Of a DNA stretch of 64,000 nucleotides, positions 40,191 through 53,838 are shown in pieces (the first letter of the stretch is position 1; the number at the start of each line of letters is the position of its first letter). Under the pieces are notes generated by a model that saw nothing but the letters and a program-made list of their open reading frames with translations, was not told the DNA's origin and did not search any database. The translations under genes were made by a program, and so were the position numbers. The DNA lies in the NCBI GenBank assembly GCA_964016885.1, contig OZ024743.1:214644001-214708000 (forward strand), in the 5' to 3' direction. This stretch comes from Eledone cirrhosa (Eukaryota).

Positions 40191-40242
40191 ATATAATGAA
40201 ATTACAGGAGGCTGGACTTGTGTAAATCTTTGAAAGGTTTAT

Positions 40243-40303
40243 TATACTATGATCATTTCAATGACCGTGTTCCGTATGAATCCGGTGATATCATTAGGTA
40301 TTA
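40243..40303 (-). ncRNA. Degenerate type I hammerhead (G5A) near the 3' end of a pseudo-LTR-like segment 40195-41268
   Basis: Minus: AUAC-CUAAUGA-uaucACCG...CGGUcauu-GAAA-UGAUCAUA/GUAU, then AATAAA. Palindromic stem III AUGAUCAU. Confidence 0.55.
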
Positions 40304-41264
40304 GAAATATAATAAATTAATGTAATAGATAAAATCAATGGGGCTGAAAATCAAAGACCGGAGGACGACCGCCATCTAGCATCATGTAACTTTGCCGGTC
40401 GCCCTCAAGTGAGGGGGCTAAAGCTTATAGTGTGCTACTACCGGTCAAATAGAGGAAAACAGAAAGAGAGAGGGAGATAAGTCAGCGTTAATATCATGCC
40501 ACAAGAAAAAAGACATAAAGAAGGGGGAAGAGAAGGAAGTTAAGGAAGAAGAAGAAAAGTCAGGGTTAATGTCGAGCTACAGAAAGAAAGAGGAAGAAAG
40601 GTCAGTACTAATGTCAAACTACAGTCAGGCCAGGAATGGCGCGAACAAAAAAAATTATTCTAAGGTATCCGTATCTTAACAGAGGTAAATATAGTGGGAG
40701 GTCTGCGTGTTATAATGTGTGAGCATAAGATTGGAACGTTACCTTTTTGTTTAGATTTATAGGATGAAGTTAGAAATTAATATTTAATATTAACATTATA
40801 AAATTAAAGAAATTAGAATATTGAAAGTTAAACAGTTTAACATTTTTAAGGTTTTCGTGGGGAAGTTTAAGCAAAGAAAGAGTCTTTTATGAAGAAACTT
40901 AAATTGTATTATAGAATAAAGATTATGTCTGTGTTTAGCAGTCAAACATCATGCGGGGACTACAGGCTTACGCAGCCCACCTCAACCGCGTGTCAGCCAT
41001 TCCGAGTAATATCGCCTAGCGAAAGATATAGAAATCAATTTTTACGAGCACTCTGGGAATGTATAACAGGCTTCAGGTGCGCCAGTGGGAAGTCAGCCCT
41101 CATCGTTAGGCTATTCTTGTACAAAACCAGTACTATTAATTTACCCAGGAGGGGGATTTGCTTAAGTAGAGGGAGGCGTGATACATCTAATACTTATGAC
41201 TAGATCTGTAATTTAAAGGTACTATATGGCGGTCAAAAAACCCGCTGCGCGCCGGGCCCCTGTT

Positions 41265-41299
<35 letters not shown>

Positions 41300-41707
41300 C
41301 AAAAGGACAGATAAACAAACAAACGCAGGAGTCAAGGGTACATAGAGTTATTAGTTTCAAGCTTGGTGAGATTGAGGGACGACACGAAGTTTCGGACATA
41401 TATCCTCATGAGGAAGTTGGGATGAAATCCGAGAGGGAGTGAGGAAGAAGATTTAATAGGAAAAACAAGAGAATACAGGTCAGCTTCTTGCTGACCTGAT
41501 GTCTATACGAATGCTCGCGTATTTGTGTTCGGATAAATTGTGCTAAATCGAAACCATTCCATATGTAAATCAGACTCCGCCAAAAGTGCCTCCTTTTAAC
41601 TCTACTGTTCAGTAAATACAACAGGATTTGCGTGTCTGAAGTGGTATCATGACTGGCCGGTCATATATTAAAATAACAGATTACAGTTTAAGCTAAGAGT
41701 GTATATG

Positions 41708-41779
<72 letters not shown>

Positions 41780-41780
<1 letters not shown>

Positions 41781-44700
41781 GAATTAGCTTTGCGAGGTTT
41801 TTGATATGAAATCGTGTGTCGAAAAAAATATTGGTATACTTGGGGAGGGTCTTATTTGTGTAATAATATTGGTCAGAATTAATAACACTGTTTGGCTGGT
41901 TTTCGCTTCTGTGTCTTTTATATTGGTTAATTTTATTTATTCGGTCCTCAATGTTGCCATTGACTGACCAACGGTCAAAAATACAGATAGAATATAGACA
42001 CAAACACATATATATGGTCTAACAGTTCTTTAGTTGCACATCTGCAACATCGTCAGTGGTGCTATTATGTTTCTTCCTGTTGTATTGTATGCCTATGCCA
42101 TCTTTATTTATTTATTTTTTGTCGTATCTGCGCATGCGTTTGCGTGTGTGTATAGTTTTTGATGTGTGATCATGTTTGGGTGACTGTGTATTGGTTATTG
42201 TATTATATCTTAGTTTACGCGTGTGTGTTTATATGTGTTTGTTGTTATTGTGCTTGTGTATGTATTTATATATTTATTTATTTATACTTCTCTTAGGACA
42301 ATGTTGTTTGTTTGGGTGTTGTTGTTATTCCATTCATTTTGTCTGTTTAGCCTTGGCCTTCTAAGTTCTATTTCGCTGGCCTCTCTGATCTGCCTATCTG
42401 CTGGGTCATTTCTATGTTTAGATATTATTCTAATTTCTATGCTACGGGCTGTCTCGCCTATGTATGTTGTTGTCATCTTTCCGCAAGTACCCTCTGTACA
42501 TCTTATACTGTAACTACGTTTCTAGTTTTACAGTTTATCCGGGAGTTTACTTTACATATAATACATTTCCTATTAGTACAGTGGGTATTCTTAAAAGAGT
42601 ATATTTTGCTGATCAGCGATTTTATGGTGGTTCCTGGCTTTTCTACCACTTTAATCTTTAAGTGGGTTTTTCTCAGGCCCATTCTACACTGGTTAGCTAA
42701 TTTCCCTCCAGGGGTAGCGTCCACAAACATGACTCTCTTGTATCACTGGTTATCGTACCAGGAGGTGGCTTTCCTTATCTTATGTTCAGTTCTATCTAAG
42801 CTATTCCATGATTTGCTCCTTTATAATGGGAAAATTCCTTTCATGTCCAGTTCTATGAGGGTCTTATACTTCTCCGTGGCTCTTTCGTATACTCTGATTC
42901 TGTCTCTTTGGTTGTAGCCAGAGAACTGCATGCGGTTGATAAAGTGTTGGATGTGTCTTTCCATTTCTGTTGGGTCGCACATGCGGGACACGTTCTTCAT
43001 CACTCGTACCAAGTCTGCAATCAGAATATTAAACTTAGCACTACTGGACATTGCTGAAATTTTGAGTATCATATAATTGGAGGTCATGGGTTTAGCATAG
43101 TGTGAGTGGAGAATTTGTGCTCTCTCCTCTATAGTGTTAATCCAGAGTTCCGTGTCTAATACAGGCAGTCTATTGTTAGGGTGTTTGGTAGGGTAGTCTA
43201 TAGTTACAGTTATACTCTGGTGTATGGAATTAGCTATCTGCTGGATGCTTTCCATTGTGCTACGTTCTAAATCAAACTTGTTAGTAATCTCTTGTGGGGA
43301 TGTCCTTATTACTATATTGATGTCGTCTACGTAACGAGAGTACATGATGAGGTCTATTGAGCTCTCATCAAGGAGATCTTTGAGTCTCCTTTCGCACCAT
43401 ACGATAAAAAGGTTGGCAACGTCACCAGCTATGCTGACGCCAATGGTTGCTCCCTCATTTTGGGTGTAGATCTTCTCGTTGAATTTGAATATGTGGCCCT
43501 TTAGGGTTGATTTGATACTAGCCCCTATTGCATGTGCGACCATTTTTCTTACCTGATCATTGTTTTGGGGGCCCGTATAGCTTTGGTCCACCCAATCCAC
43601 CTTCCCATGAGAGTCGTTTTTGCCATTAAGGTTATGGTGGGGGTTCTACCTCTTATTGGTCTACTGGGGCAGAAACATCTAAGGTCATGGCTGTCTACGT
43701 AGTCAGTGTCATAGGTAAGTCTAAGTAGGAGGCCCAGTTCGTCTGTGTCGACGTCGCAGAACTTCACCTCACTCTCAATGATTATCTACACACATTTTCC
43801 ACAGCAAAATCAATATTAATGGATGGGTACAGTGATACCACATCCATACTGCCTATTATGCAGTTGGATAGGTTTTTGTTTTTGTTGCACTCACTGATTC
43901 TGCTGAGGACGTCCTCTGTACTGTCACAAACATCTGGGGATATCTTGATTATGGGGCGTATAACCATTGAGAGGAAGTAGGAGATCCTGTAGTTGCTAGT
44001 TATATTTGCTCCGCATACAGGTCTTGTTGGTTGTCCTGTTGTCGGGTCGTCGACTGTCTTGTGGTCTTTGCGGATCCCATACAAGGGTGGTATGACATTG
44101 TTAGACGCATGGAAGTTGTTGGCAGTGCATTGACTTTAGGATGTCGGTCCATATCATCATGTGATCGTTGAGGATTTTCTCTCTCCCATCATGTATTTGC
44201 TGAGCAATTTCGCTCGTGGTGGTGATGTGGGGTTGCATAGCCTTGATGTAGTTCGACATGCTGTCTATTGACATCCTACCAGACTTAACCGTGGGTAGAC
44301 ATACTACATCACCATCCCTTGTGTGTTGCTTGAGGCTAACCCAGCCTTCTACAGGTTTCCTCCCAAGTTGTTGGTCCTCTGGTCTGCTCTGTCTCTCAGT
44401 ATACCGGTCTACTATTTGTCTAATCTTATTTCTAGCTATGGTCAACTGTGCCTCTGTCTCGTCATCTATTTATTGTGGTATACAAACTCTTTTATTAAAG
44501 GGTAACCTAATAGGATAGATATCACCCATATTATATGTTTTGTCAGCTGGATGGAAGAATAGTTTATCTAAGTGTTGTCATTATATCTATCGTCATAGTT
44601 GTGTGTATTGCTATTATTATTGCTATTATTGGCTGTTGTTGTTCCTATCATTACCATTATTATTATTGTTATGATTGCTAGATGTATTGTTGCTGTGATT

Positions 44701-45646
44701 GTTAGATGTTAAGGTAGTAGAAAAGCCAGGAACCACCATAAAATCCCTGATCAGTGAAACCTACCCTTTTAAGAAAACCCACTGTAATAATAGGAAATGT
44801 ATTATATGTAAAGTAAACCCCTGGATAATCCGTAAAACTAGAAACGTAGTCTATAGCATAATATGTACAGAGGGTACTTTCAGAAACATGACAACAACAT
44901 ACACAGGCGAGAAAGCCCGTAGCATAGGTGAAAGGATAGATCAACACTGGTGGGTACTAAAAAATGGTTCAGTACTATACGAACATGCCAGACAACAACA
45001 CGACGGTAACATAGACAACATAGAAATTAGAATATCTAAACATAGAAATGACCCAGCAGATAGGCAAATCAGAGAGGCCAGCGAAATAGAACTTAGAAGG
45101 TCAAGGCTAAACAGAAAAAATGAATGGAATAACAATAACACCCAAACAAACAATACTGACATAAGAAAAGTATAAGTAAATAAATAAATACATACACAAG
45201 CACATTAACAACGAACACATATAAACACACACTAGTAAACTAAGATATAATACAATAACCAAATCAGAGTCACCCAAACACGAACACACATCAAACTCTA
45301 TACACACACGCAAAGGCATGCGCAGAGAAGACAAAAAAAAAAAAATAAACAGACTAAATAAAGATGGCTTAGGCATACAATACAACGGGAGGAAATATAA
45401 TAGCACCACTGACGATGTTCCAGATGTGCAACGAAAGAACTTTGTTAGACTATATATATGTGTTTGTGTCTGTATTGTATCTGTATTTTTGACCGTTGGT
45501 CAGTCAATGGCAACATTGAGGACCGAATAAATTAAATTAAACGATATAAAAGACACAGAAGCGAAAACCAACCAAACAGTGATTGTGTTCTGTTATTAAT
45601 TCTGGTCAATATTATTACACAAATATGACCCTCCCAAAGTATAACA

Positions 45647-45648
<2 letters not shown>
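41780..45648 (-). mobile_element. Nematis/Neptune-like PLE family B with inverted 3' duplication (41830-42660 / 44705-45648)
   Basis: Fragmented RT (SMDVVSLYPSI, GATIGVS, YSRYVDD, LPVLD), linker FVDATPGG and CTNRKCIIC, GIY-YIG (YIGETARS). Both ends in microsatellites. Confidence 0.9.
45404..45445 (+). ncRNA. Hammerhead motif, PLE family B (mirror at 42020-42062 has GAAA>UAAA)
   Basis: cca-CUGACGA-u-GUUcCA(gaug)UGCAAC-GAAA-GAAC-UU/ug; stem I only ~2 bp. Confidence 0.55.
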
Positions 45649-45699
<51 letters not shown>

Positions 45700-47226
45700 A
45701 ATTTTTAAAGATTTTTTAAATATTTTTTTAAATATTTTTTTTATTATTATATATATATATTTTTTTTAATTTTTAAACTTTTTAATTTTTTAATATTTTG
45801 ATATCTGTAGAATCCTTGTTTTTTAAGTTAAATTGATATAATATTCTATTTTTTATTAGATTTATTTTTTGTTAGATTCATTTTATTTATTTTGTTATTA
45901 GATTCATGTTATTTTTTTATTTTTATTAGATTTGTTTTTATTAGATTTGATTTTTATTCTGATAGCTTTTCATAATTTTTACTAGATTTATTTTTTATTC
46001 TGATAGCTTCTCATAATTTTCAAAAGTTTGTCCATTCAATATCTTGATTAAAATATACGTAAGATTAATTTCTATACTAAATATATTAAACATATTATTT
46101 TAACTTAAAATATTCTATAATATTTTGGGATATTTTAGTATTTTGATATTTGTAGAATTCGTTTGCTTTTTAAGTTATATTGATATCATTATATTTCCAA
46201 AATATAATCCTTTTGTATTTTATATACTCAATTGTACTATGTTATATGTTGATGTATACGTATATCTATATACGGCTAATGTATCTATGTGTGTGTGTTG
46301 ATATACATATACATGTGTTATATGCTTTTTTTATGATCGTATGTCTGTCTGTATATATGCATGAGTGACGCGTGTATACCAATTGGGGATTCACACACAT
46401 ATCTATTCATGTATAGCTAAGAATTATGGATGTGAATGTACAGGCTTACACATGCAGGTTTTGATTGCAGATATGCATAACTTAGCCATAAATGCATGAA
46501 AGTTAATCCTATATATTTATATATATATACTAAACACTTTTAATTTTTAATTAATAACACAGGGAATGTATGGCAATAAATACAAAATCACTTATGCTTT
46601 GTATATATATATTATGTGCGGGAGTAGATATAATGTGTATTTTCCGAGTGAGTGTGTATATATATATATTTATGTACCTTTGCCTATGTGTATGTAATAT
46701 GCGATAGATAATCTCTCTAGCAATATATATATTTTATAATGTTTTAATTCCAATTTTTTATATATTGATCTCAATTTTAAACTAAATATCTAATCATAAT
46801 TAAACAATGTGTAATTTCTCATATTATATATCTATATTCCATTCATGAATATTAATATTTCTAATTTTATTTATGTTTTTCATCCCAATTGTTAACTCGA
46901 CTTAATATGACATAACTTAAGGTTTTCGTTCTTTTCCCCGTCTCTCTATCTCTATATATCTCTCACTGGATTTTTTCTCTGTCTGATGGTTTGATATCTC
47001 CCCGTTATTTGTCCTCTGTTCTCTTTCTTTTTGCTTTCTTCTTTTTCTTTATCTATCTCTCCATTTCTTTTCTCCACGTTTCTCTCTCTCTCTCCATCTT
47101 TTTACTTACTCTTAACACTATGACTTACTAAAGTAAACAAATCACTATCCTGATGGCCTCCAAAAACAACGGTAAATTTTTAAAGGGGTACGTCAATGTC
47201 TATTTATAAAACTGTTATATATTGTA

Positions 47227-47287
47227 TTTTGTCTGATGAAGGCATACCATAATGTAACTTGATATCCTTGAAATATATATAATGAAA
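47227..47287 (+). ncRNA. Type I hammerhead at the end of an AT-rich pseudo-LTR-like tract ending in (TA)n at 47330
   Basis: UUUUGU-CUGAUGA-AGG...CCUU-GAAA-UAUAUAUA/AUGAAA; same family as 22376. Confidence 0.65.
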
Positions 47288-47325
47288 TAAATATGGTTTT
47301 ATAAATATAGTTTCCATTTATTAAT

Positions 47326-47393
<68 letters not shown>

Positions 47394-49403
47394 CACATGT
47401 GTGTGTGTGTGTATAATTTATACATAGTACATATACATATATAAATAATATGTTACTAATATTTTAAAGATACACTCTAATGATGAAAAGAAATGTCTAC
47501 ATCAGTAGCTATTACATTCTAGAGTAAAATGGAGTAACAAATTATAATGATGCATTATGTCTAGCACACTAATTATTGTCCCTATCGTCTTCAATTGTAG
47601 AATATATTAAACATTTCAATAAGTTTTATATAGGATAGAAAAAAATTATAGCATAATCACACAAAGTTTCTAGAAACATTATCAACATTTCATTACGCAA
47701 ATTCAATTATATTTCATCTGATATATACATATATTAATTAATTTATGTAATAAGTTAATACATAGATATATTGCAGCTTTATTAACTGAAATAAATTGTT
47801 CCACATCTTCTTATAGACCTAAGAAACTAGTCGTAATATATCAACACTTCACACCATAATCCAATTTTTTAAGCCAATGTACTTCGGTTAACTTCCATCA
47901 TCTATTTAGTAATATATTCAATGATGCAGTACTGTCAATGAATATAGATGTCTAACTGATAAACATTTATTTATTTATCTTTATCTCTCTCAACATAAGG
48001 TATGTTATGTTCCGTACGAATAAATACAAATATATATCATTAACCAGGCGAAACTACTTTTTCTGTGGCCATATAGATTAAATTTAAAACATAAATGTCC
48101 CTGGAGTATTCAATGAAACTTTATCATTCAGGTGGAACATCATTATATTTGTTTCATCTGAATTACATGATTAGTAGATATTTTTCGAAGTGAATCTATA
48201 TAAATAGGAATACTTTTAAATGCTCCAATCGTCTCTGTATTTTCATGTTATTACAATAATTATAAAGTATTCCCAACTTTACTATAGCAAATATGTTGGA
48301 AGGTAATCAGTGGTGGATGGAAACAACATTAGTTAACAGCGGTTGTTCTCTCAACCAATTATTATTTGGAAAATCGGTGAATAAATTGCAGTCTTGTAGT
48401 TGCTTTGTGGAATATTTTAATCTCGATCTTATCGATTCAAATATTGAATACAATATTACAGATACACTGTATTCTATTATGAGTGTCAATATGTTTTTTA
48501 GCAAACGAGTTATCAATTTCTCTTGTTCATTCCGAAATATAAGCAGAAGACATCGGAATTGTGCGACGCAACAGTTTGAAACAAAAGAAAGATGAATGAC
48601 ATTACTCATGTGATAATTATTACCGTACTCGAAACATGTGTTACCATAAGATTATCTGACTTGCACTCAATATCACATGCAACAGAATTGAAATGGTATT
48701 AATTGAGTTGACACTCTATTCTGATTTCAAACCTGCCACGACGATATTTTCATTTCATCCTCTTTGTGATGATGGGTGAAATAGGGTTCACTGGCGGAGT
48801 AATTAAAAGCAGCGTTTTCACGTGTTTGTCTTCTAATACCAACACCTGTGCAGATAAGATTTTCTCATTATTTTGTATATCATATTTAACTTGATCAATA
48901 CTGCTGATGAGGTTATACTAAATTTGTACGTCTGGACAACTCTATATCTTGAATGAGAAATTAATTCACACTTTGCTTCTCGGAGAGCAACTTTCCAGAC
49001 AAACATTCACGGTCTCACGAGAAATATATGGAATCAAATATTATTTGCTTTTCATAAATAATTGTAACATCAGCATAATCCCCACAAAGAAACACAGGCA
49101 AAAGTGATATAATTTTCAATTTAAGAAATAGCATTTAATTGCTAAGTTTCTAATTCTGTAGTGGGTGCAATAGACACGGTAACAAATCACGTTCCGTTCT
49201 CTTTATTATTTCAAATTATATGAAATAAACTGTTGAAAAACGCAACACAATTATAATATTTTACAGAACAGAATATGTATGAAAATATTGAAATACATTA
49301 AAAATATATTTCACTGAAAAATTACTCGCATTATTCTGTATAATTTAATATATCCCCGCCACTTATGAAATCTTTTTGAAGTAGATTTTTAATATACATA
49401 CAT

Positions 49404-49508
<105 letters not shown>

Positions 49509-50520
49509 CACACACACACACACATATATATAAAGACATACGAAAGACCATTATCTGGGAGATCATAGCTCAGCTACTAATGTCTCAGGAAAGAATAGCT
49601 GAACAGATTTTACAGGCAAAACCAACTGGCAGTATATCAATTACTAGACACCGAGCAAGATCGTTAGATAGGATCATGAGCTTGGCTGGTTTCTCATACG
49701 TAAAAATTACATGAAGTGTTGCTGTAACGTACTACAGGATGAACCTATTTAACTTAACGATACGATCGTAAATTAAATTTAAGTAATTAAACTAATTAAC
49801 TGTCTTTAAATATGAAATTCTCTTTATATGTTTGTATATGTATAAATGATAAGCATCTCGTATACAGAGCACAAAACGTACAACTTTATCAAATTGAAAG
49901 TTAACAAATATGCTGGCAGAGAGGAGCCACTCGTTGCGATTATGAACAAACGGAATCTCTCCTGGTATGAAAAGTGTATTCTCCCACAACTCCTCTACCC
50001 TTGTCTGACAGTATCGTTCTGGGTACAGTGGAGAGAGAGCGAAGCAAAGGCAGACAAAGAACATCTTCGTCCGACAAAACATGAAGGAGAAGAGAGAATA
50101 TTGACGAGGGCTAACTGCGAAAGCGTCTAGATTGGCACTCCAGCGTCTGGCTGAACCTGTTGCGGAAACATGTTTGATTCCTCCCGTTAAACCCGTGCGA
50201 AATTCCTTCCTTGCTCACATTTCAACAAGGTTTGATGGTCTTTATTCTCTCTCGTTCACGATTTCACCGAATTTAAATTCATAGAAATTTGGGACTTGAC
50301 ACCTTCTTCCTCACTTTTCGTTGCTTCACCATTTTTGTTTGTTTACAATCGTGTCCCCTTTATTTACGTGTCCCAACGACTTTTTTTAGCCGTTGGTCGC
50401 ACCAACCGGAGGTATATGGCGTTTAAAGCGATGAAATACTAATGATGGTTGGAAGATCGATGATGAAGGACTAACTTTATTTGTATATATATATATATAT
50501 TTATTAAAATAACAGATTAA

Positions 50521-50571
50521 AGTTTAAGCAAAGAATCGCTGCTTTCACTCTTAACGGGATCTTCTGAAAGT
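50521..50571 (-). ncRNA. Type I hammerhead-like motif with CAGAAGA core (3' pseudo-LTR)
   Basis: acuuu-CAGAAGA-uccc(guuaa)gagu-GAAA-GCAG(cgauucu)UUGC-UU/aaacu. Confidence 0.55.
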
Positions 50572-51506
50572 AACAAAGTCAATTTGTAAACGGAGAAGTG
50601 GATATTTCAAAAAACGTTGCAACCGAAGGAAGACAGGAAGATGATACTTTGGTTCGTGGAAACGATCCTTGGCAAAGAACGAGAAAAAACGAATATAATA
50701 CGTCATTAATAGGAGCGGTGAAAAACAATTACACGCAAAGACAAAACCACGTTTATGGTATAAAACAGGTCGTAGACTAATGTTCTCTTAGGTGGTTCAT
50801 AGAAACGTTCTCTGGCAATGAACGGAAAATCGGAAGATAATACGTCATATGTGGATCGTGGAGAACAATTGCAAGCAAAGACAAAACAGCGTAAATGATA
50901 TAGCTGAAGTCGTAGACAACATTCTGACAAGGAAACCGAATGATTCTCCGCTTCAGAGTTAAGAATAAAGTAAATAAAATACAATAGAGAGGTAATTGAT
51001 ATTAAATAAATACATACACGCATCCAAATACGTACATACACAGGCATACGCGAAAACACACGCCATAGGTATACAAACCACGCACATATATATGTGTGTG
51101 TGTGTGCGTGTATATATATAACTAAGTAATTAAATAAATGTATATAAATAAATAAATACGTATATAACAAGCGCACACACATACCTACATGTAAATACAC
51201 AAATGTTCGGAGACATACGTCAACCAAAACATGAAGTACACATATACACACATCCTACATACGTACGAACCCGCATACTCACACAGACGCAAAACTCCCG
51301 TATACACATAACCAAAAGCATATGTACCAGAATATATAAAAATATACGCCATAACATATACAATCAAATATACGTACGAGAAAGTATACGTACCTTCACA
51401 AAACATACAGGTAATATATACTTACCTATGCAAATAAGTAATGGTATAAACATAACATATACTTAGCTACCACATCAAGACGTAAAATATCCACGTATAG
51501 ATCGTA

Positions 51507-53633
51507 CTAACCGTTAGGGTATAATGTGGGGCTGTAATAGAGGAAAGTGTTGTGCACTTCATGTTTACAAGCCGAAATTGCCTCAGATTTTTTGTTTAAG
51601 ATGTGGTCTGTGGCGTAGAGTATTTCCAGGGCCTCAGCGGCGCAGAGGTCACATCCACTTTTATTTCTGTTATACAATCTAGCCCTAGCTAGGATCTCCC
51701 AGTGTAACTTATATTGGGTGTGGTTGTCTTTTAGACTCCAGATATAAACTGAAAGTGACGTCATATTCCTTCTTAGAGGGTAACGGAAAGAATGGGTATG
51801 CATGTAAAGACGCTGCTTGAATCTATTGGCGGTTAACCCTATGTAGGCCCTACGCGACGTGGGTGTTTCAACCTTACATTTGTAGACAATGTTACTAGAG
51901 AGGCATTTCCCGGATAGGGGGCAATCAACTCGATTCCTACAATTACAGTTAGTACTAACTACAGGGTTGCACAAGTTCTTACTGCAAGGTAGTTTAGCTA
52001 AATTTGAAGCTGTGATGTTATGTGCAAGGTTAGGAGTCGTATAGTAAGACATTTTAATAGTATTTCTATTAAACATTTTACTATATTTATGTGTAGGGGG
52101 AAAATATTTTGTAATAAGGTATAGAAAGATCTTAGCTAATGGTGTGGCCACCTCCACATTATATAGTGGGTTATACCATATAATGCGAAGGGAACTATTT
52201 CTTCAAGGTTTATTCTCGTACTCTGTATATGCTACCTTATCGACAAATCCACTCCGAGCAAGAGCTTTATTGTAATAAGTGGAATGGTCGTTGAAAATAT
52301 GCTCGTTAGTAGATAGACGGGAAAGCCTCAACGAAACGTTTCTTACCAGGTTCTTGGTTATGCTGGCAGGATGGTTGGAATGCTTACTTATTTAATTAAG
52401 CGTATCATTCGGCTTTCTATACGGGTAATACAAGCCATTCGATAAATTTAGGGTAACGTCGAGGTAATTAACGACCGAGAGGTTGGCCTCAACCTGTATA
52501 GAGAGGTTGAAGCCTTAAAGAAGGCTGTGAGTTCTTTTCTGAACCCGTCGCAAGCACGAGGTCCGCACTTAGTTATGGTCAAAAGACCATCATCACGGTA
52601 CAAACCACCGCCCGCGTTGGGGAATTCGTCCTTGATAGTGAAATGAAGGAAAAGGCCGATAAGATCAGTAACCTCCGCAGAATCGCTGGCGCCCATACCC
52701 ACGTCGAATTGGGTACTGTTGGATTTCTTAATCCAAATAGAGTCGTCGAAATTAATCAACGACTCACGGGCATTGAGGATGACATCAACTTCGAAATCCT
52801 TAACCACTGTGAGTGTTTTAGCGAAATTGAAACTCTAAGGAGAAGTGGTAAATTGATGGAGGAGTAGTAATTATTGATGTCAAATTGGATAAAACGGCAA
52901 TATTCCTTATTGCGTATGCCGTTGAACCAATCAATCACCGCGAAAGAATTGTTCCACAGTGCAAGAGGGGCCAAACTTCTAATTTCGGGTATAATTCTAT
53001 GAAGAATCCTTTTACTAAGTCTACCTAAATCGGATTTCGTAGGGTTAATAAGCCGAATAGAAGGGTTGTTCGGAAAATTGGATTTGTGATCCTTCAGGGT
53101 AAAGTGGGGAGAAATAGGGTCCAGAGATTCGGTCCGGTCCAGGATGTTCAGATCAGAGGTGATTTTAAACCCAGCATCGTTGATTTCATTGATGACGCAC
53201 CGATTAGTTTTAAGGTAATCCTTGGTTACAGCATTATGTAGTAGTTGATGGTAAGTACTGCGCTCCACCTGATATAGGTTGCCAGTTTTGTTGAAATGGA
53301 CGTGCACGGCATTAGAATCCTTAATAGAACGAATTCTATTCTTCAGGTCATGCTGGAAGGAATTGCTCCTATTTCAAAATTTGATACTCCGTATGAGTTC
53401 CAAGACATCATTTTCGAAGGGTAGAAATGCTGGGTTACACGGAGGGTTATTATAGGTTTTAAATCCAAATTAACCTGTTTGTTGTCAGCTCATCGCGGAT
53501 TATCGAAATAAAAGGCACGCCAACGCAACCTTTGAATGAACGCGTCTGTTTTCTGTATCAGGAGTTTTAGCTATGTTTTCCTGCTTGGTACGGGTATGTT
53601 CTTTGTAGAAATATTCAGATGTTGTTTCTGCAT
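51507..53633 (-). pseudogene. PLE RT-GIY-YIG polyprotein (~700 aa) with stops and frameshifts
   Basis: ATG at 53633 gives MQKQHLNISTKNIPVPS...IQRLRWRA, then QFDINNYY, GMGASDSAE, GLYRDDGL, CNCRNRVDCPLSGKCL, YIGLTANRFKQR, CDLCAAE and CKH. Confidence 0.9.
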
Positions 53634-53787
53634 GATGAATATAAGTTAATAGAGTGCTCAACCGAGGGAGTCAAATAGTAATAATAATAAATTTGAAGAC
53701 TAAAATCCAAAGAGGGATCGATAAGGATAAATATATATCAAATATATAAGAACCGTAGGGCAAATATTTATTAAAATAACAGATTAA

Positions 53788-53838
53788 AGTTTAAGAAAAG
53801 AATCGCTGCTTTCACCCTTAACGGGATCTTCTGAAACT
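53788..53838 (-). ncRNA. Type I hammerhead-like motif with CAGAAGA core (5' pseudo-LTR)
   Basis: AGUUU-CAGAAGA-uCCC(guuaa)GGGu-GAAA-gcag...uuuc-UU/AAACU. Confidence 0.55.

Noticed and set aside
41376-41420. Minus CUCAUGA-GGA(uauaug)UCC-GAAAC...GUC
   Set aside because: Invariant G5 is missing and no stem I pairing was found; at best a decayed motif.
48904-48950. CTGATGAG hammerhead-like start
   Set aside because: No stem II closure or GAAA downstream.
51507-53633. Selenoprotein-type recoding of in-frame stops as in Naiad PLEs
   Set aside because: The endonuclease is C-terminal (not Naiad) and the disruptions seen are a TAG and frameshifts, consistent with decay.
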